Shown: piece by piece, positions 60,764 through 64,000 of the stretch
Layout: every line of letters begins with the position of its first letter
Numbering within the stretch: the stretch's first letter is position 1
Virus record (IMG/VR): IMGVR_UViG_3300024269_000048
Span: 1 to 64,000 of that record
Strand: one strand, 5' to 3'
Origin: a virus
Taxonomy: Duplodnaviria; Caudoviricetes
Length of the DNA stretch: 64,000 bases
Made by a program: the position numbers and the translations under genes
The notes under the pieces: model-generated
The model's database searches: none
What the model saw: only the letters and a program-made list of their open reading frames with translations
What the model was told of the DNA's origin: nothing

Positions 60764-63598
60764 ATGGCAAAATCACAAAAGAATCAAACTTTTGTGTTAA
60801 AGGTCAATACTGGATATTTATCTAAAAACAATTGGCATTTAACATTTAAGCTAAACGAAATAAGAAAACAACCGCAGTTAGTTGTTAGTTTGGGTTCATC
60901 TCAAGTATTAAGATGGATGCCAGAGTTAACCGGCAGACCAGATGCCGATATACAAGCGTCACAAATCAAACGTGAGATAAAATTTTTGAAAAATCAAGGC
61001 AATTCAGCAGAGAATAAGAAACTGATTAGCCAGAAATATGACGAATTGTATGAACTTCAGTTCCAGCCTCATTATATGATGTTGGTTATGGATTCTCCTA
61101 AGGATTATAAGTATGTATATAACAATGGATTTAGCATTACCATTGATTACGGTCATAAAATAGAAACAGTAAAGTACAGAAGATTTCTTGGTACGGCAGG
61201 ATCGATTAAAAAGAGTACCATCATGTTTGTTGATGAAAATATTCACAGCAAACTGATGAAAAAAATCAATAACGGTCGCTACGAAGGTCCAGAAATAGAC
61301 GGGGTTGTAAAGTCTTATAACGGAATGGAACTAAATTATAAGTTTATTCCTGCAAAGATTAACGCCTACTTTGCGCTTCAGTGTTCTGCTAGCATTCCAG
61401 TACCTTGGCCTAGAGCTATTGTAGTCAATGATGTGTCTACTAAATTTAAGGATATTGTCAGAATTGTTAGAGATACTGGCGGTGAAAAACCCGATTGGCC
61501 AAGTGTTAGCGAACCAATAGAAAAAGAAATTGAAATTAATACCTGTGACGGCATGGGCTTGATTTCTCCTGAAATGAGCGCGAAGTGGGCAGAGGCTTTA
61601 AATGAAGGTTCTGAACCTCTATCGGGGTTCAATACTCGTTGTGCCTTTTTAAAAGGTATGGTATTTACCGTAGATTTTAAGCAGTTTGCAGAAGAAATTG
61701 CCGGAACACACATTATCAAGGACGCATGGGGCGACGAAAGAGATGTGAGAGAGGCAGATGTTATCCTTACCACATCAATGCTCAAATTATGGAATTCGTA
61801 TGCGGGGTATGAGGATTATTACAATAATTGTATGAGGAATGGGTATGAATTTTGCATTGCAAAGAGCACTCCTCACGAATTACGCAATGTTCATACCACA
61901 AATTATCAGTATCTTCAGGATTTTTCGTTTACAGATGAACAAATTGACGAATTAATTGAGCCAACTGTGGCAAAAATTAAGGATTGTCTGGGTTTAGATT
62001 GGAGAAAATTAATTCTGTATATGTGCGGATCTGGACTAGACGAGAAAAGCGTAATTCATATGGAACCTATGTGTAAGGCTATTATGGCTAATCCTGAGCT
62101 AATTAAAGACCCATATGTTAGGTCCAAAGTAAGCAGAATGATACAGAGAAGAATCCGAGATGCTAAAATAGGCGTTTTAGACGTGGCTGGAGACTACTCT
62201 ATTGCTGGATGTGATCCCTATATCTTGATGCAACACATATTTGGACTTGAAACAACTGGGCTTTTAAAGGCTGGCGAATGTTATCATAAATATTGGGCAG
62301 ATAGAAATACCGAGGAGATTTGTATATTCCGTGCTCCTATGACAAGCATTGAAAATGTGTGTAAATTAAAGGTTATTACTAATCCCGAACTTGAAAAATG
62401 GTATAAATACATTACAACGTGCATTTTATTGAATGGATGGGACACTACTCCGATGAGATGTAATGGTGAAGATTATGATTCTGACTCGAATTTCTGTACC
62501 GATAATAAAGTATTGCTTGAAGCATTTGAGTATAAGACCACTCTTATGTGCGAACAGGAAAGTAGCGTAAAGAAAAAACCTGAGGAAGATGACTATGTAA
62601 AGTCTGACATTAACGGCTTCGGAGACTCCATTGGAAGCGTGACTAATAAAGCTACGAATATGATCTCATTAAGAGAGCAATTTGATAGAGATAGTGAAGA
62701 ATATAAAAGATTGACTTATCGAATTAGCACAATGATGAACTATCAGCAGAATGCTATAGACCGTATAAAGGGCGTTGTTGCTCGTCCTGTTCCTAAGGAG
62801 TGGCTTAATGCAAGAATGTTCAAACCTGAGGAAGATGATGACGACGATATTCTTCAGGATAAACAAATTAATGCCAATATCGCCGCAGAGATTAAACCTT
62901 GGTTCTTTATTTATAGATATTCTCAGCTTAAATCAGAACTGGATAAGTATATGAAGGCAGTTAAGTCAAATTGTAAAATTAGATTTGGTAAGAGTTTGGA
63001 TGGTCTGTATGCTTGCGAAAACAGAACCGAAGAAGAAGAGGTTTTCTTATATCACTATGAAAAGTATCTTCCAGTTAGCAGGGCTCCTGGAACAATGAAT
63101 CGTATTTGTTGGAAAATTGAAGATGCATTTTGCACTACGGATGTTCTTCCGAATGTTGATTTTGATAAATCTATTTTAAAGAGTGAAGCTGAATATACTC
63201 AAGATGAATATGAACAGGTTCAACAGTTATACGACGAGTATAACAAGGGTATACAGCTGTTCTTAAAGAAACAAAATCAAAATGATCTTGGCGATGATGA
63301 AGTCGGCTTTGACATTGTGCATCTCAAAGATGTTTTCATAGATGAATGTAGTAAGGTATGTCCAAATGTGGAGGTATTGTCTAATATCGTTGTGGACTTG
63401 TGTTACACTTCTAATAAAAATAAAACTTTTGCATGGGATGTTGCAGGCGAGCAGATTTTCAATAATGTTTTGAAGAACAGCGGATATTATATAACATATC
63501 CAGTTAAAGATGAGAATGGAGATATTGAGTTTGGTGGAAAGAAATTTTCTTTGTATACACAACAGATAGGTGGTGATTTAGATGTTGATTTTGAATGA
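60764..63598 (+). CDS. YonO-like single-subunit (two-barrel, RdRP-related) DNA-dependent RNA polymerase
   Basis: 944 aa; CDGMGLIS, RCAFLKGM, IFRAPM, and NGEDYDSD as a variant of the DxDGD metal-binding loop; IGSVTN, QQNAID. Confidence 0.8.
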   Translation: MAKSQKNQTFVLKVNTGYLSKNNWHLTFKLNEIRKQPQLVVSLGSSQVLRWMPELTGRPDADIQASQIKREIKFLKNQGNSAENKKLISQKYDELYELQFQPHYMMLVMDSPKDYKYVYNNGFSITIDYGHKIETVKYRRFLGTAGSIKKSTIMFVDENIHSKLMKKINNGRYEGPEIDGVVKSYNGMELNYKFIPAKINAYFALQCSASIPVPWPRAIVVNDVSTKFKDIVRIVRDTGGEKPDWPSVSEPIEKEIEINTCDGMGLISPEMSAKWAEALNEGSEPLSGFNTRCAFLKGMVFTVDFKQFAEEIAGTHIIKDAWGDERDVREADVILTTSMLKLWNSYAGYEDYYNNCMRNGYEFCIAKSTPHELRNVHTTNYQYLQDFSFTDEQIDELIEPTVAKIKDCLGLDWRKLILYMCGSGLDEKSVIHMEPMCKAIMANPELIKDPYVRSKVSRMIQRRIRDAKIGVLDVAGDYSIAGCDPYILMQHIFGLETTGLLKAGECYHKYWADRNTEEICIFRAPMTSIENVCKLKVITNPELEKWYKYITTCILLNGWDTTPMRCNGEDYDSDSNFCTDNKVLLEAFEYKTTLMCEQESSVKKKPEEDDYVKSDINGFGDSIGSVTNKATNMISLREQFDRDSEEYKRLTYRISTMMNYQQNAIDRIKGVVARPVPKEWLNARMFKPEEDDDDDILQDKQINANIAAEIKPWFFIYRYSQLKSELDKYMKAVKSNCKIRFGKSLDGLYACENRTEEEEVFLYHYEKYLPVSRAPGTMNRICWKIEDAFCTTDVLPNVDFDKSILKSEAEYTQDEYEQVQQLYDEYNKGIQLFLKKQNQNDLGDDEVGFDIVHLKDVFIDECSKVCPNVEVLSNIVVDLCYTSNKNKTFAWDVAGEQIFNNVLKNSGYYITYPVKDENGDIEFGGKKFSLYTQQIGGDLDVDFE

Positions 63599-64000
63599 AG
63601 AGAAATATGCAAAAGATTTGTATGACGGCAAAAACCAAGATGTTAAATCTATTATGGCTAAAATTAGATATGTTACTAGATATTTGGTGCACTCTAAGTT
63701 AAAAGGCGATGATGATGCCTACAAAGAAACTGTAAAATGGTTAAGGCAGTATCATAATAACTTTGATGAAAGTAGTTATTCTAATATTATTTCGGACGCC
63801 ATTAAAGTGGCGGAAAAATATCCCTTTTATATCATCGACAACATCAAAATTGCTCAGTCTGAGTTAGAGGCCATATCTTCTCTCGATAATTTGAGGGCAG
63901 AAAAGATTTTGTTTGTGCTTTTATGTATGGCGAAGCAACAAAGTATGGCTAATGGTTTCACGAATGGACTTGTTAAATATTCAATTACTGACTTATGTAA
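63582..64000 (+). CDS. hypothetical protein, running off the right edge
   Basis: ATG at 63582 after AGGTGG; open frame MLILNEEKYAKDLY... to the window end. Confidence 0.7.
   Translation, partial: MLILNEEKYAKDLYDGKNQDVKSIMAKIRYVTRYLVHSKLKGDDDAYKETVKWLRQYHNNFDESSYSNIISDAIKVAEKYPFYIIDNIKIAQSELEAISSLDNLRAEKILFVLLCMAKQQSMANGFTNGLVKYSITDLC

Noticed and set aside
60764-63598. Intron or intein associated with the GIY-YIG genes or within the RNAP or DnaE
   Set aside because: Both large genes read as continuous frames without intein motifs, and the endonucleases appear free-standing.
1-64000. Stop-codon reassignment (alternative genetic code)
   Set aside because: Recognisable genes are full length and tightly packed under the standard code.

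Overview
This 64 kb window is part of a large, AT-rich phage genome from a Firmicutes (probably Clostridia) host, resembling SPbeta or c-st. Genes run leftward (minus strand) from about 50.3 kb to the left edge and rightward from about 51.5 kb, diverging from a C-skewed non-coding region that may be an origin or a genome end. The left arm holds a replication module (DnaE-type Pol III alpha, RecJ-like exonuclease, primase, DnaB-like helicase, AAA ATPase, SSB-like protein), serine hydroxymethyltransferase, GIY-YIG nucleases, two tyrosine-recombinase-family genes, a minimal serine recombinase domain, a DNA methyltransferase, an RNAP alpha-CTD-like protein and dozens of small hypothetical genes. 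The right arm holds small genes, Thg1, a metallophosphoesterase and a YonO-like single-subunit RNA polymerase. The standout feature is a reverse transcriptase (33361-34623, minus). It is followed directly by six tandem 150-155-nt structured units at a period of about 170 nt (32328-33344), then two uncharacterised genes, then two more units (30509-30832). The units are sequence-diverse but share one fold: a covarying closing stem, a variable GC-rich hairpin of about 80 nt and a conserved AUAUGAAAC-like motif 3' of the hairpin. The layout fits neither a DGR, a classical retron, a group II intron nor CRISPR. It suggests an RT system that templates a set of distinct hairpin cDNAs from an ncRNA array (inference). 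The window also carries three regulatory signals: a TTGTAAA-N4-TTGTAAA box 16 bp upstream of five sigma-A promoters, 19 co-oriented ACAAAATGATT motifs, and a LexA-type box in the spacer of one promoter. All protein assignments come from motifs read by eye; no database searches were run.
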